A DNA stretch of 32,000 nt, taken from contig OY970071.1 of NCBI GenBank assembly GCA_963705375.1, positions 30,001-62,000 on the forward strand, read 5' to 3'. Source of the DNA: Candidatus Saccharimonadota bacterium (GTDB taxonomy: Archaea; Micrarchaeota; Micrarchaeia; Micrarchaeales; Micrarchaeaceae). The notes under the pieces are model-generated. The model made no database searches and was not told where the DNA came from. It saw nothing but the letters and a program-made list of their open reading frames with translations. The position numbers and the translations under genes were made by a program. Of this stretch, positions 1 to 8,887 are shown piece after piece (positions within the stretch are counted from its first letter, which is position 1; each line of letters starts with the position of its first letter).

Positions 1-12
1 CATGCAAGACCT

Positions 13-1293
13 CTATAGCGTCGTGCCGTAAAGCACATTTGCGGATGCGCCCTTTATCCTAACATCGTAGTGAGAACCCAGGGCAATGTCTGAATGTGCA
101 TCTTCATTTCTTATAACTATCTCCCTGTATGACCTGTTCCTTCCGTTGAACGACTTTGGCGTTCTCTCTGTGATCAGCGTTCCGAAGCGCTCACCTATCA
201 GCCTGTCGGTTATGCTATGCTGCACAACGCGCACAGCGCTAAACATCCTGGTGCTTCTTTCCTTTATCAATTCATTAGTGTGCTGCTTCATCTTAGATGC
301 TGTGGTGTGCGGCCTGGCGCTAAACTTTGATATGTTAGTTACCTCTGGCCTTGCCCTCTTCATGAGCTCTATGCTCTGGTCGAAGTCGCTCTCTGTTTCG
401 GCAGGGAAGCCAACTATGACATCGGTCTCTATCGTCACTTCGGGCACAGCATGGCGCAGCTCTTTGACGCAATGCTCGAACTCTTCAACGGTGTACTGCC
501 TTCTCATCGATTCAAGGACGCTGTCGCTGCCTGCCTGGACCGGTATGTGCACGAACTTGTAGAATCTGCTGCACGTCAGCGCGTCGGCAAACTCGTCAAG
601 ATACTTTAGCAGGTGCACAGGGTTTATCATCCCTATGCGCACCAAGAAATCTCCGTCAAGAGCAGAGATCTTCTGCATGAGCTTTGGGATGTCTGTCCCG
701 GTATCAAGGCCGTAAGCGCCGACGTCCTGCGATGTTAGCTGTATCTCCTTTGCTCCATTCGCCACACTGCACCTTATTGCCTCCAGTATCCTGTCTTCAG
801 AGAAGCTGTTCAAAGGCCCTCTTGCAAGCTTCGTTTCGCAGAAGCTGCAGTTGCTGACACAGCCCTCGCTTATCGCGACCTTCGATATGGCTCTATCGCT
901 CGGCCTGAAGAACGCGAGCCTGTCAAGCTTTGAATAGGTATTGAGCACGACTCTCTCGCCCTTGAACGCGCTCCTCACCGCTTCTGCCATGAGCGGCATG
1001 TTGCTTGTAGTCACAATGCTTGCATTAGGTGCATATTTTTCTATGAGGTCCTGGTTTGCTGCAGCCATGCACCCTGTCACAACGAGCATCTTTCTGGATT
1101 TGCTCAGGTTTCCTAGCGCGTATAGTATCTTTTGCGCAGTCTGCCTCTTCACAGTGCACGTGTTGATTATCGCGACATCGGCATCTGCCTGGCGCTGCGC
1201 CTGCTCGATGCCGTTGTCCTCAAGTATCGCTGCTATCATGTCGCTGTCTGCCTGGTTGAGCGTGCAGCCATAGGTTTTTATATGCACTCGCAT
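13..1293 (-). CDS. MiaB/MtaB-family radical-SAM tRNA methylthiotransferase (archaeal CDKAL1-like type)
   Basis: 426-aa ORF. N-terminal MTTase signature MRVHIKTYGCTLNQADSD, radical-SAM CxxxCxxC motif CVSNCSFCETK, C-terminal TRAM-like tail. TAG stop at 13-15. Confidence 0.9.
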   Translation of the reverse strand: MRVHIKTYGCTLNQADSDMIAAILEDNGIEQAQRQADADVAIINTCTVKRQTAQKILYALGNLSKSRKMLVVTGCMAAANQDLIEKYAPNASIVTTSNMPLMAEAVRSAFKGERVVLNTYSKLDRLAFFRPSDRAISKVAISEGCVSNCSFCETKLARGPLNSFSEDRILEAIRCSVANGAKEIQLTSQDVGAYGLDTGTDIPKLMQKISALDGDFLVRIGMINPVHLLKYLDEFADALTCSRFYKFVHIPVQAGSDSVLESMRRQYTVEEFEHCVKELRHAVPEVTIETDVIVGFPAETESDFDQSIELMKRARPEVTNISKFSARPHTTASKMKQHTNELIKERSTRMFSAVRVVQHSITDRLIGERFGTLITERTPKSFNGRNRSYREIVIRNEDAHSDIALGSHYDVRIKGASANVLYGTTL

Positions 1294-1377
1294 AATATCA
1301 TTAACTGTCTGACATAAGTCGCTTTCCAGCTTGTGCTGATATTATCTCAGGCCGCTTATAAAACATTTGGTGAACGT

Positions 1378-1605
1378 ATGACAATTTCATGTGAACGCTG
1401 CAAGAACGAGGTATTCAAGTACGAGCCCTGCAACTATTGCGGCAGGAAGCTGTGCTACAGCTGCATAAGGAGCTCGCAGAGGCCAGAGAAGACCACTCGA
1501 CTTGTGATATGCAAGGACTGCTGGAGCGATATGAAGAAACGTACAGCATTCAAGAACAAGAAGGTGCTCTCGGACTTCAAGACTGAGAAGAAGCCTGCTG
1601 CTTGA
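1378..1605 (+). CDS. Small 8-Cys (four CxxC pairs) double zinc-ribbon protein
   Basis: ATG at 1378 lies about 15-20 nt downstream of the TATA-like gcttataaaacattt. The protein MTISCERCKN..CNYCGRKLCYSC..ICKDCW has CxxC x4 and a Lys-rich tail. The ORF-track start at 1333 is upstream of the putative TATA box. Confidence 0.55.
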   Translation: MTISCERCKNEVFKYEPCNYCGRKLCYSCIRSSQRPEKTTRLVICKDCWSDMKKRTAFKNKKVLSDFKTEKKPAA

Positions 1606-2264
1606 ACAAAACAACGCCTATTTACTTTGGGGGTGGTTCGCTGAAGATAATCTTCGTTAGGCATGGTTCTACTGCTCGAAACGAGAATCACACGCACCAG
1701 AACAAAGAAGAGCCTCTTTCTAAGGAAGGGTTAATACAGGCCGAAAGAGTGGCCAACCGGCTGAAAGGAGTGAAAGCGGATCTGATACTATCTAGCAGGT
1801 GCAGAAGAGCAGTGCAGACTGCGCATGCCATATCAAACTCGATAGGGAAGCGCGTTATATACACAAGCCTGCTGAATGAACTGGCAGATCCTTCCGAATT
1901 TTTTGGCAAGGAGTATGTAGTGGATTCCGTCGTCCGCATCGCTGAAGAAATACGTGCGCATGCTGCAGATCCGAAGTGGCATTATTCCGACGAGGAAAAT
2001 TTCTTCGACCTAAAAAAACGGGCAATTAGGGCGTTAGAGTTTATCAAGTCCAAAAAAGCAGAGACTGTGATCGTGGTTACGCACAGCGTGTTTATGCGCA
2101 TGGTGCTTTATGTCGGGATCTTTGGTGAGGATGCCGATGCTCCGGACAATTTCCATAAGTTCAGGACGGCCGTCCGCACTCACAATGGTGCAATCACCGA
2201 ATGCGAGATAAGTGAAGGCAACTTCAAACTGATCACATTCAACGACAGTGCGCACCTTCATTAG
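1602..2264 (+). CDS. Histidine phosphatase (phosphoglycerate-mutase-like) family protein, paralog 1
   Basis: Catalytic IIFVRHGST (RHG) motif and downstream VVTHS histidine. About 60-65% aa identity by eye to the two downstream paralogs. The TTG start overlaps the TGA stop of the zinc-ribbon gene (cTTGAac), suggesting translational coupling; start uncertain. Confidence 0.8.
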   Translation: MNKTTPIYFGGGSLKIIFVRHGSTARNENHTHQNKEEPLSKEGLIQAERVANRLKGVKADLILSSRCRRAVQTAHAISNSIGKRVIYTSLLNELADPSEFFGKEYVVDSVVRIAEEIRAHAADPKWHYSDEENFFDLKKRAIRALEFIKSKKAETVIVVTHSVFMRMVLYVGIFGEDADAPDNFHKFRTAVRTHNGAITECEISEGNFKLITFNDSAHLH

Positions 2265-2287
2265 TTTCGACAGTTCTGTGCATGTCC

Positions 2288-2350
2288 TCAAAAGCGCACG
2301 CCGGCCTTATAGTGTCAAGCATGTGCAAAAGGGCGGTGCAGACCGCGTGC
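2288..2350 (+). pseudogene. Relic fragment of a fourth histidine-phosphatase copy
   Basis: 2305-2347 (ccttatagtgtcaagcatgtgcaaaagggcggtgcagaccgcg) matches paralog 2 at 2724-2766 with 4 mismatches in 43 nt. It encodes the ...LIVSS.CKRAVQTA segment only. There is no RHG-containing N-terminus and the frame is disturbed upstream. Confidence 0.6.
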
Positions 2351-2500
2351 GGTATTGAAAGATTTTCGGACGAGCTTACGGGTCAGCAAACGCCCTTCAT
2401 GCGCTCTTAAATAGATATAAGTCGTATGTGTTTTGTGTACAACAGTATGCCTTATTGGTGCCCACTCGCCTTTGTGTTTGCAGCAATCGGTTTTGTACTT

Positions 2501-2583
2501 GTTCTGATTTGCGGCTTAACAGGTCGCCGGGCGCAAACATTATACTTTGAGAAGGTAACTCCGTAATATATGTTTGTGATTCC
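2501..2583 (+). promoter_or_regulatory. Conserved 5' leader/promoter module, copy A (upstream of phosphatase paralog 2)
   Basis: About 85% nt identity (hand count: 13 differences including 1 indel over 84 nt) to 3301-3384. Contains the hairpin tttgcgGC...GCcgggcgcaaa and the TATA-like cgtaatatat about 25 nt before the TTG start. Confidence 0.5.
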
Positions 2584-3207
2584 TTGAAGATACTATTTGT
2601 AAGACACGGGTCGACTCCTGCGCTTGAGGCCAGTTTGCACCAAAAACCAGAGGAGCCGCTTTCCGAAGCAGGCATTCTGCAGGCAAAGTGCGTTGCGGAA
2701 CGGCTACAGAGTGCAAACGCCGACCTCATAGTGTCAAGCAGATGCAAAAGGGCGGTGCAGACTGCGCAGATCATATCGAAATCAATAGGGAAGCGCATCA
2801 TCTACACGAAGCTGCTTAACGAGGTTGCAAGCCCATCTGAATTTCACGGCAAAAAGCACGGTACAAGGTCTGCGAGTCGGGCCTGGCGTGAGATCCGCTC
2901 GCACGCATCTGATCCGAGTTGGCACTATTCTGATGAGGAAAATATCTTCGATCAAAGAAGCAGGGCGATAAACGCGCTGAAGTACTTAAAGTCTCAAAAG
3001 GCAGATACTCTCATTACGGTGACACACGGAACCATCATGCGCATGATCCTCTTCGTTGGGATTTTCGGAGAAGGTGCCGATGTCATGAGCCTCTTTCCTG
3101 TTTTCAACGATAATCTCCGTTCCCACAATGCATCTATAACTGAGTGCGAGTTGGAAAAAGACCATTTCTGGCTTATCACGTACAATGACCACACGCACCT
3201 GCAATAA
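2584..3207 (+). CDS. Histidine phosphatase family protein, paralog 2
   Basis: MKILFVRHGST (RHG), SSRCKRAVQTA, VTHG. TTG start; no in-frame ATG is available before the catalytic motif. Confidence 0.85.
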   Translation: MKILFVRHGSTPALEASLHQKPEEPLSEAGILQAKCVAERLQSANADLIVSSRCKRAVQTAQIISKSIGKRIIYTKLLNEVASPSEFHGKKHGTRSASRAWREIRSHASDPSWHYSDEENIFDQRSRAINALKYLKSQKADTLITVTHGTIMRMILFVGIFGEGADVMSLFPVFNDNLRSHNASITECELEKDHFWLITYNDHTHLQ

Positions 3208-3300
3208 TGGCAAGGCATAGAAAAGAACTCGTAGCACCTCTGCCCGGAGTCGGGCTGCTGGCTAGGTTTTCCATTTCGATAACACAATTCCGTTATATTG

Positions 3301-3384
3301 GTTCTGATTTGCGGCTTAACGGGTTGCTGGGCGCAAACATTTTAATCTGAGAAGGTAACATTCGTAATATGCATTTGTGATTAC
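3301..3384 (+). promoter_or_regulatory. Conserved 5' leader/promoter module, copy B (upstream of phosphatase paralog 3)
   Basis: Near-identical to 2501-2583. Same hairpin and TATA-like cgtaatatg at the same distance from the TTG start. Confidence 0.5.
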
Positions 3385-4014
3385 TTGAAGATAATCTTTG
3401 TCAGGCACGGTTCTACTGCTTTGAACGAGGTTCACGTATACCAAAAGCCGGAAGAGCCCCTTTCTGAAGAAGGTTTCCGACAGGTGAAGCGTGTCGCAGA
3501 AAGACTGAAGGGCGCAAATGCGGATCTGATAATCTCTAGCAAGTGCCGGAGAGCTGTCCAGACCGCACAGGCGATATCCCAGGCCACCGGCAAGCGTATT
3601 ATTTATACGAAACTGCTGAACGAAGGGACAACTCCCTCCGAATTCCACGGCAAGACTGCCGACGCAGAGTCTATCGCGCATATCCATGCCAAGATGCGCG
3701 CTCATGCCGCGGATCCAAAATGGCACTACTCTGACGAAGAGAACCTTTTCGACATAAAAAACCGGGCGCTAAAAGTGCTGAAGTATCTCGAGTCTAAAAA
3801 AGCGGGGACATTGATAGTAGTTACGCACGGTCTGCTGATGCGCATGATAATTTTCGTTGGGATATTTGGTAAGGATGCTGATGTTGTTGACTCTTTCCTG
3901 AGGTTCAGGGCGAGTACCGGCTTGCACAACACCGGAATCACCGAATGCGAGATAACCGAGAACGGCTTCAAGCTCTTCACGTACAATGACCGCGCCCATC
4001 TGCAGAAATACTGA
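3385..4014 (+). CDS. Histidine phosphatase family protein, paralog 3
   Basis: MKIIFVRHGST (RHG), SSKCRRAVQTA, VVTHG. TTG start. Confidence 0.85.
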   Translation: MKIIFVRHGSTALNEVHVYQKPEEPLSEEGFRQVKRVAERLKGANADLIISSKCRRAVQTAQAISQATGKRIIYTKLLNEGTTPSEFHGKTADAESIAHIHAKMRAHAADPKWHYSDEENLFDIKNRALKVLKYLESKKAGTLIVVTHGLLMRMIIFVGIFGKDADVVDSFLRFRASTGLHNTGITECEITENGFKLFTYNDRAHLQKY

Positions 4015-4085
4015 TTGCAGTACAGAAGATATTAAACTCTTGCATGGACATAGAAGAACAGCGCTTCACAAGCTGGTGTGTTACT

Positions 4086-7000
4086 ATGGAAACCATTGAT
4101 TTGCTCAAGATAGAGAGTATGGTGCTGGACAAGTGGTCTGCCGAAAACACAAGGCAGAAGATAAACGAAAAAAACAAGAACAACAAAGTATTTTTCTTCC
4201 TGGAAGGGCCGCCGTACGCGAATGGCGAGCTCCACATGGGCCATGCTAGGGGCTACATCCGGAAGGATGCCGTGCTTAGATACAAGCGCATGCGGAAGTT
4301 CTCCGTTTTTGACAGGGCCGGCTTCGACGTGCATGGGCTTCCTATAGAAAATAAGGTCGAGAAGCATCTTGGCATAACCTCCAAAAAAGAAATCGAAAGC
4401 AAATTCGGCGTGAACAATTTCATAAAAACGTGCATAGAAACCTACAAGAGCCACATGAAGGCTCAAATTGATGACGCGATAAAATACGGCGTCTGGTTCG
4501 ATTTCGAAAACGCGTACATACCTTCAAGTCCCGACTACATAGACAAAGCGTTCGGAGTGTTCAAGAAGATATACGACAAGAGAGGCGTGTACAAGGACAC
4601 GCAGGTGATGCCATACTGCATACACTGCGGCACGGTCCTCGCCAAGGGTCCGGAAGTTGAGGAAGTCGATGACGAAGACCCGTCAGTGTTCGTTCTTTTC
4701 AATGTTGACAAGAAGGGCTCCAAAGCCAAGATTGAGCTCAGCGAGAGTATGTGCCTGCTTGTCTGGACGACGACCCCCTGGACTCTATTGGGAAACGTTG
4801 CTATCGCAGCAAACCCCAAAGAGCTGTATGTCGATGTCGAGATCGAAGGCCATAGGGTTATACTTGGTAAAGGCAGGCTTGATGCCGTTTCACAGCAACT
4901 GGGCTCTTCCCTGATAGTGCGCAGGGAGTTCTACGGATCAGAACTGGAAGGCATAAAATACGCCAATCCTGTATACTCAAGTCCTAAGGATGGTGCCATT
5001 CCGAAAAAGAGAGTCGCATCTTTCCGCACCGTTGTGCTTGACGAAGCTCTGGTGACCATGTCTGAAGGAACCGGGCTTGTGCACATAGCGCCCGCTTATG
5101 GGCCGGAAGACTTTGACCTTGCAAGCCGCAAAAAGTTGCCGTTTATTTCAGTCGTCGATCCGGAAGGCTTCTACACCCAAGAAGCCGGAAAGTATGCCGG
5201 AAAACACCTGATACACGAGGCAAACCGAGAGATAGAGACCGAACTTAAGAACACAAACATGCTGCTGGCGAAGACCACGATAAAGCACAAGTATCCTCAC
5301 TGCTGGCGATGCAAGGAAAAGCTAGTGTACCTGCCGACGACTCAGTGGTTCATAAAGGTGTCAAGGCTGAAGGACAAGATAAGGAAGGCATGCCAAAAGG
5401 TCGAATGGCACCCTGCAGAGCTAAAGGATTGGTTCATCGACGCCATAGACTTGGCGCCGGAATGGACCATCAGCAGGCAGAGATATTGGGGCATTCCGAT
5501 GCCGATATGGGTCTGCGACTCGTGCAAGGGCGTTAAAGTCATCGGCTCGTTTGAAGAACTGAAAATTGCGTCAGGGCTAGGCCTCAAGTTCGCAGAAGAG
5601 ACCCTCCATCGGCCGGCAATCGACGATATAACATTCTCCTGCGATAGTTGCGGCGGCGTGATGCACAGGATAAAGGATGTTTTCGACGTCTGGTTTGATT
5701 CTGGCGTTGCGCACACTGCAAGCCTGAGTGCGGAAGAGTTCAATAACATGTACTCAAAGGCCTTCATCACCGAAGGGCCCGACCAGATACGCGGCTGGTT
5801 TGCGACACTCATGAAGACCGGGGTCGCTGCATACGGGAAGTCTCCGTTCAATACGATTGTCATGCAGGGATGGGTCCTTGGCGAGAACGGGGAACCCATG
5901 CACAAGAGCAAAGGCACGTATCTCGCGGCCCACGACCTGTTCGGCAAGTACTCAATCGACGCGGTGAGGCTGTTTACCTTGTCGCACGTCACGTACGAGA
6001 ACCTGCAGATAAAGCTCGGCGAAGCTGAGAAAATGCAGGCCTTCTTGCTATTGCTTTACAGTGTGACTGACCTCATAGGTATGTATGCCGATGTCGTTCC
6101 TCAGCCATACGATGTGCCTGCAACTTTCCGTACTAGTTCGAACACCCCCATTGAGGATAGGTGGATACTTTCGCGCCTGAATTCGGTAATCGAAGAAGCA
6201 ACAAAGAGCATGGACAACTATGACATATGCCAGAGCATCTCTGCCATCATTGACTTTGTAACTAACGACCTAAGCAGGTTCTACCTCAAGTCTGCAAAGA
6301 AGAGAATGTCAAACTCCTCTCCTGCCGAATCAAAGAGAACGGTCGGCATAATATCCCATGCTCTGTACAACGCTCTTCTCATGCTAGCTCCTGTCATGCC
6401 TTTCAATGCAGAGTATATCTTCAGGAATAGGTTCGGTCTCAGCGAGAGCATATTCTTCGAGGACTGGCCAAAGGCAAACAAGAAACTGATCGACCAGGAA
6501 GTCGAAAGGCGTGTCGATGTTGCAAGAGAGACTATCACGGCAATACTGAACAGCCGCGAGAAAGCGGAGATAAGCCTGCGCATGCCTGTCCTTAGCGCAA
6601 CAATAGCCGCTGTGGATGACGAGGCGGTGACCACGATCCAGGAAATGGCCACAATGATACAGGAGTTCGCTAACGTGAAGACGCTAAACGTTACGAAAGG
6701 CACCGCGAACAAGAAGAACATAATTCCCCTGTTCGCCAAGCTGGGCCCCGTGTTCAAAAACGACTCACAAGTGGTCGCTGAAGAACTGAAGGCGCAGGAT
6801 GCGGATGCTGTGGCGGGCGCAGTGGCAAAGGATGGCTATTTCAGGCTGCACACAAACAGCGGCACATTCGACATAAGGCCTGAGCACTTCACAATATCTG
6901 AAACTCCGGTGTCAGGCAACGCTTCTCTGTTCAAGTACGGGACCGTGAGCATCGACATCTCCCAGACCGAGGCGCTGAAGGAAGAATCCCTTGTGAGGGA

Positions 7001-7247
7001 GCTTGTCCGCAGGATACAGATGATGCGCAAGGAGATGAAGCTAACGAGGCTCAAGAAAATCCGGCTTCACATAGCAGCAGACGCGCAGATGTCCGGAATA
7101 ATAAACAAAAACAAAGCGCAGATGGCAAAGACCGTTGTCGCAGACTCCTTAAGCGTGCAGAACGGCCTTCCGGACAGGAAGCTGTACAAGAAGGACTGGG
7201 AGATCATGGACGCCACGTTAAGCATAGGCATAGAGGTTGCGGACTAG
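4086..7247 (+). CDS. ileS: Isoleucyl-tRNA synthetase
   Basis: Class I motifs PPYANGELHMGHARGY (HIGH variant) and MHKSKGT (KMSKS). IleRS-typical WTISRQRYWGIPMPIW and several CxxC zinc knuckles; archaeal length. The ORF opens at 4044, but the TATA-like gatattaaac at 4028-4037 favours the ATG at 4086 (METIDLLK...). Confidence 0.92.
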   Translation: METIDLLKIESMVLDKWSAENTRQKINEKNKNNKVFFFLEGPPYANGELHMGHARGYIRKDAVLRYKRMRKFSVFDRAGFDVHGLPIENKVEKHLGITSKKEIESKFGVNNFIKTCIETYKSHMKAQIDDAIKYGVWFDFENAYIPSSPDYIDKAFGVFKKIYDKRGVYKDTQVMPYCIHCGTVLAKGPEVEEVDDEDPSVFVLFNVDKKGSKAKIELSESMCLLVWTTTPWTLLGNVAIAANPKELYVDVEIEGHRVILGKGRLDAVSQQLGSSLIVRREFYGSELEGIKYANPVYSSPKDGAIPKKRVASFRTVVLDEALVTMSEGTGLVHIAPAYGPEDFDLASRKKLPFISVVDPEGFYTQEAGKYAGKHLIHEANREIETELKNTNMLLAKTTIKHKYPHCWRCKEKLVYLPTTQWFIKVSRLKDKIRKACQKVEWHPAELKDWFIDAIDLAPEWTISRQRYWGIPMPIWVCDSCKGVKVIGSFEELKIASGLGLKFAEETLHRPAIDDITFSCDSCGGVMHRIKDVFDVWFDSGVAHTASLSAEEFNNMYSKAFITEGPDQIRGWFATLMKTGVAAYGKSPFNTIVMQGWVLGENGEPMHKSKGTYLAAHDLFGKYSIDAVRLFTLSHVTYENLQIKLGEAEKMQAFLLLLYSVTDLIGMYADVVPQPYDVPATFRTSSNTPIEDRWILSRLNSVIEEATKSMDNYDICQSISAIIDFVTNDLSRFYLKSAKKRMSNSSPAESKRTVGIISHALYNALLMLAPVMPFNAEYIFRNRFGLSESIFFEDWPKANKKLIDQEVERRVDVARETITAILNSREKAEISLRMPVLSATIAAVDDEAVTTIQEMATMIQEFANVKTLNVTKGTANKKNIIPLFAKLGPVFKNDSQVVAEELKAQDADAVAGAVAKDGYFRLHTNSGTFDIRPEHFTISETPVSGNASLFKYGTVSIDISQTEALKEESLVRELVRRIQMMRKEMKLTRLKKIRLHIAADAQMSGIINKNKAQMAKTVVADSLSVQNGLPDRKLYKKDWEIMDATLSIGIEVAD

Positions 7248-7286
7248 CCGTCTTTTTTCCTTGACGTGCTTAAGAAGCCCTGCCTC

Positions 7287-7318
7287 AAAAGTGTCGACAT
7301 GCTTGCCGCGACACTTTT
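7287..7318 (+). terminator. Hairpin plus T-run downstream of ileS
   Basis: 10-bp perfect inverted repeat aaaagtgtcg / cgacactttt with a 12-nt loop, ending in T5. An additional T6 run lies at 7254-7259, right after the stop. Confidence 0.35.
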
Positions 7319-7416
7319 TGGCATGTATACAAAAACACAAACATCAGCGAATAAATTGTAACAAAAAATAACACATATATATCTGAGACGACGTAATACT
7401 CTGTGTTGGTGTATCT

Positions 7417-7560
7417 ATGCCGAGTAATATAGAATCATTCGATAATGCCTTAACTGCCTATTTCAATAGTATAAAAACGGAAGGGCATCTCACGCCGCCG
7501 AACGTGGCTGCGTTTGGCAATGCGGTTAACGCATACTATGCTACGCTATTGAGGCGTTAA
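7417..7560 (+). CDS. Possible 47-aa micro-protein (MPSNIESFDNALTAYFNSIKTEGHLTPPNVAAFGNAVNAYYATLLRR)
   Basis: Not in the ORF track (under 60 aa). The ATG lies about 32 nt downstream of the strong TATA-like acatatatatc (7375-7385). It sits 56 nt upstream of the PLD-like gene on the same strand. Confidence 0.3.
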   Translation: MPSNIESFDNALTAYFNSIKTEGHLTPPNVAAFGNAVNAYYATLLRR

Positions 7561-7616
7561 TAATCTTGAAGGACATCTGACGCAATCCTTATTTCTTTTC
7601 CTCTTCAACAATCAAT

Positions 7617-8189
7617 ATGCAATTTCAATCGCAGAAAGTGCACTACAGCGGCAGCGACTCCTACAAGTTCATTGACGGGATGATAAAATCCAAAGGAAGC
7701 GAGCTGCTTGTAGTGTCTCCTTACGTTGACAATTACTATGCCAAGGCTCTGCTGCGCGCCTCAAGACACAGGCGCGTGCGCATAGTCACTTCTCCAGACG
7801 CAATCGCACACAAAGATTCATTCCTCAGGCACATAACCCTGCAGAGGATGAAGGGCTATGCCAAGGCGACCGTCTATTTCGGGCTTCTTTCCATGATAAC
7901 CTTTTATCTCAGATTCTATTACGTGCTTGTGCCTATTGCTGCTCTTGCGATTGTGTCTTTGGCTCTCACACTTAGGTCAAGGCACAGCACCGCAATACGG
8001 CTGAAAGTGGTGAAGAACAAGTTCGTGCACGAGAAGCTCTATATCAGCAACGGTACGGCCGTGACTGGCAGCGCGAACCTGACTTACAGCGGAATGCACA
8101 GAAACATAGAGCACGTTGATGTAACAAAGGATCCACAGGAGGTGGGCGTGCTGATGAAGCATTTCGAGGCGCTGTGGAGTATGGACTGA
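7617..8189 (+). CDS. Single-HKD phospholipase D / Nuc-like superfamily protein with internal hydrophobic hairpin
   Basis: HKD-type motif HEKLYISNGTAVTGSANLT (H-x-K-x4-N...GSxN, with D replaced by N). A roughly 36-aa hydrophobic insert ATVYFGLLSMITFYLRFYYVLVPIAALAIVSLALTL lies between the N-terminal half and the HKD motif. Confidence 0.7.
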   Translation: MQFQSQKVHYSGSDSYKFIDGMIKSKGSELLVVSPYVDNYYAKALLRASRHRRVRIVTSPDAIAHKDSFLRHITLQRMKGYAKATVYFGLLSMITFYLRFYYVLVPIAALAIVSLALTLRSRHSTAIRLKVVKNKFVHEKLYISNGTAVTGSANLTYSGMHRNIEHVDVTKDPQEVGVLMKHFEALWSMD

Positions 8190-8303
8190 TTGCCGTTTTT
8201 CTGCGTTTTGAGACCTTGCAAAACCGCAAAATCTCACAAACAAACAGTCGGAGAACCAAGCATATAAATATTTCCTAAAACACATGCCATTACGGTGCAA
8301 TGA

Positions 8304-8519
8304 ATGCCTAACCAGTCAAAATCAAAAAAAGATGCAACACCTTCTACCTCTGACATTAAACAACTGGACTATTTTAATGCCCAAATTTGCAAAGCAGAAG
8401 CCGATGGCAATGCCCCTCTCAAGAACGCTCTCACAAACCTGAGAAGTGATTTACTCGAGAATAAATTTAATAAGAAATTTGGGTGGAAGAGCTGCGACTT
8501 GCCGGAACCTGATAAGTGA
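8304..8519 (+). CDS. Orphan small protein A (71 aa) of four-gene operon
   Basis: The ATG lies about 30-40 nt downstream of the TATA-like catataaatattt (8261-8273). Lys/Ser-rich N-terminus then predicted helices; no recognisable motif. Confidence 0.5.
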   Translation: MPNQSKSKKDATPSTSDIKQLDYFNAQICKAEADGNAPLKNALTNLRSDLLENKFNKKFGWKSCDLPEPDK

Positions 8520-8523
8520 TTGT

Positions 8524-8883
8524 GTGTCTGCTACTGATTCAACAAAATGTGACGAAGCGGCAGCGGAAAGGCTGTACTTTGAACAAGCTAGAGAAGTCTT
8601 AATAGCCGCGTTGAATTCCACAAAATTGGACACGGAAGGGACTGTCAAGAGTATAAAAACCTTGGTGGATCAGGGCACTGAAGCGTGCAACAATTCCAGC
8701 GCCTCTTTTTTTGCCGCATCCAATTTTTACAAATCAATTGCATCTTCTGTCTCTAAGCTTCATCCTCGCCTTGCGGATATGCTAAAGACTCTGAGCTTGA
8801 ATGCGCTTACTCTGTCGATGAGTGCATCAGCAACAGAAGAGCTCAATATTATCCGAAAAGACGAAATCTCTGAAAACAAGTGA
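8524..8883 (+). CDS. Orphan small protein B (about 119 aa)
   Basis: The ORF is open from 8446 (GTG) and overlaps gene A by 74 nt. The first start after A's stop is GTG 8524; start uncertain. Ala/Ser-rich helical sequence. Confidence 0.45.
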   Translation: MSATDSTKCDEAAAERLYFEQAREVLIAALNSTKLDTEGTVKSIKTLVDQGTEACNNSSASFFAASNFYKSIASSVSKLHPRLADMLKTLSLNALTLSMSASATEELNIIRKDEISENK

Positions 8884-8887
8884 TCAA

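Noticed and set aside
2397-2801. Minus-strand ORFs (2397-2801 and 3316-3726) that cover the conserved phosphatase leaders, considered as the reason for leader conservation.
   Set aside because: The two antisense translations across the conserved 84 nt are in different frames and give unrelated peptides, so the conservation is not explained by antisense coding.
5342-5992. Long antisense or out-of-frame ORFs inside ileS and other large genes (for example 86-562, 4032-4466, 5342-5992, 6281-6757, 17922-18497, 22311-22718, 25143-25565).
   Set aside because: They lie entirely within strongly supported conserved genes on the opposite strand or frame, have odd low-complexity compositions and lack promoter-like boxes. 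These are typical shadow ORFs.
8446-8523. 74-nt overlap between orphan genes A and B, considered as a programmed frameshift or a frameshifted single gene.
   Set aside because: Going from frame A to frame B needs a +1 shift, and I see no convincing slippery or rare-codon site in the overlap. A GTG start (8524) right after A's stop explains the data more simply. This cannot be settled without homologs or reads.
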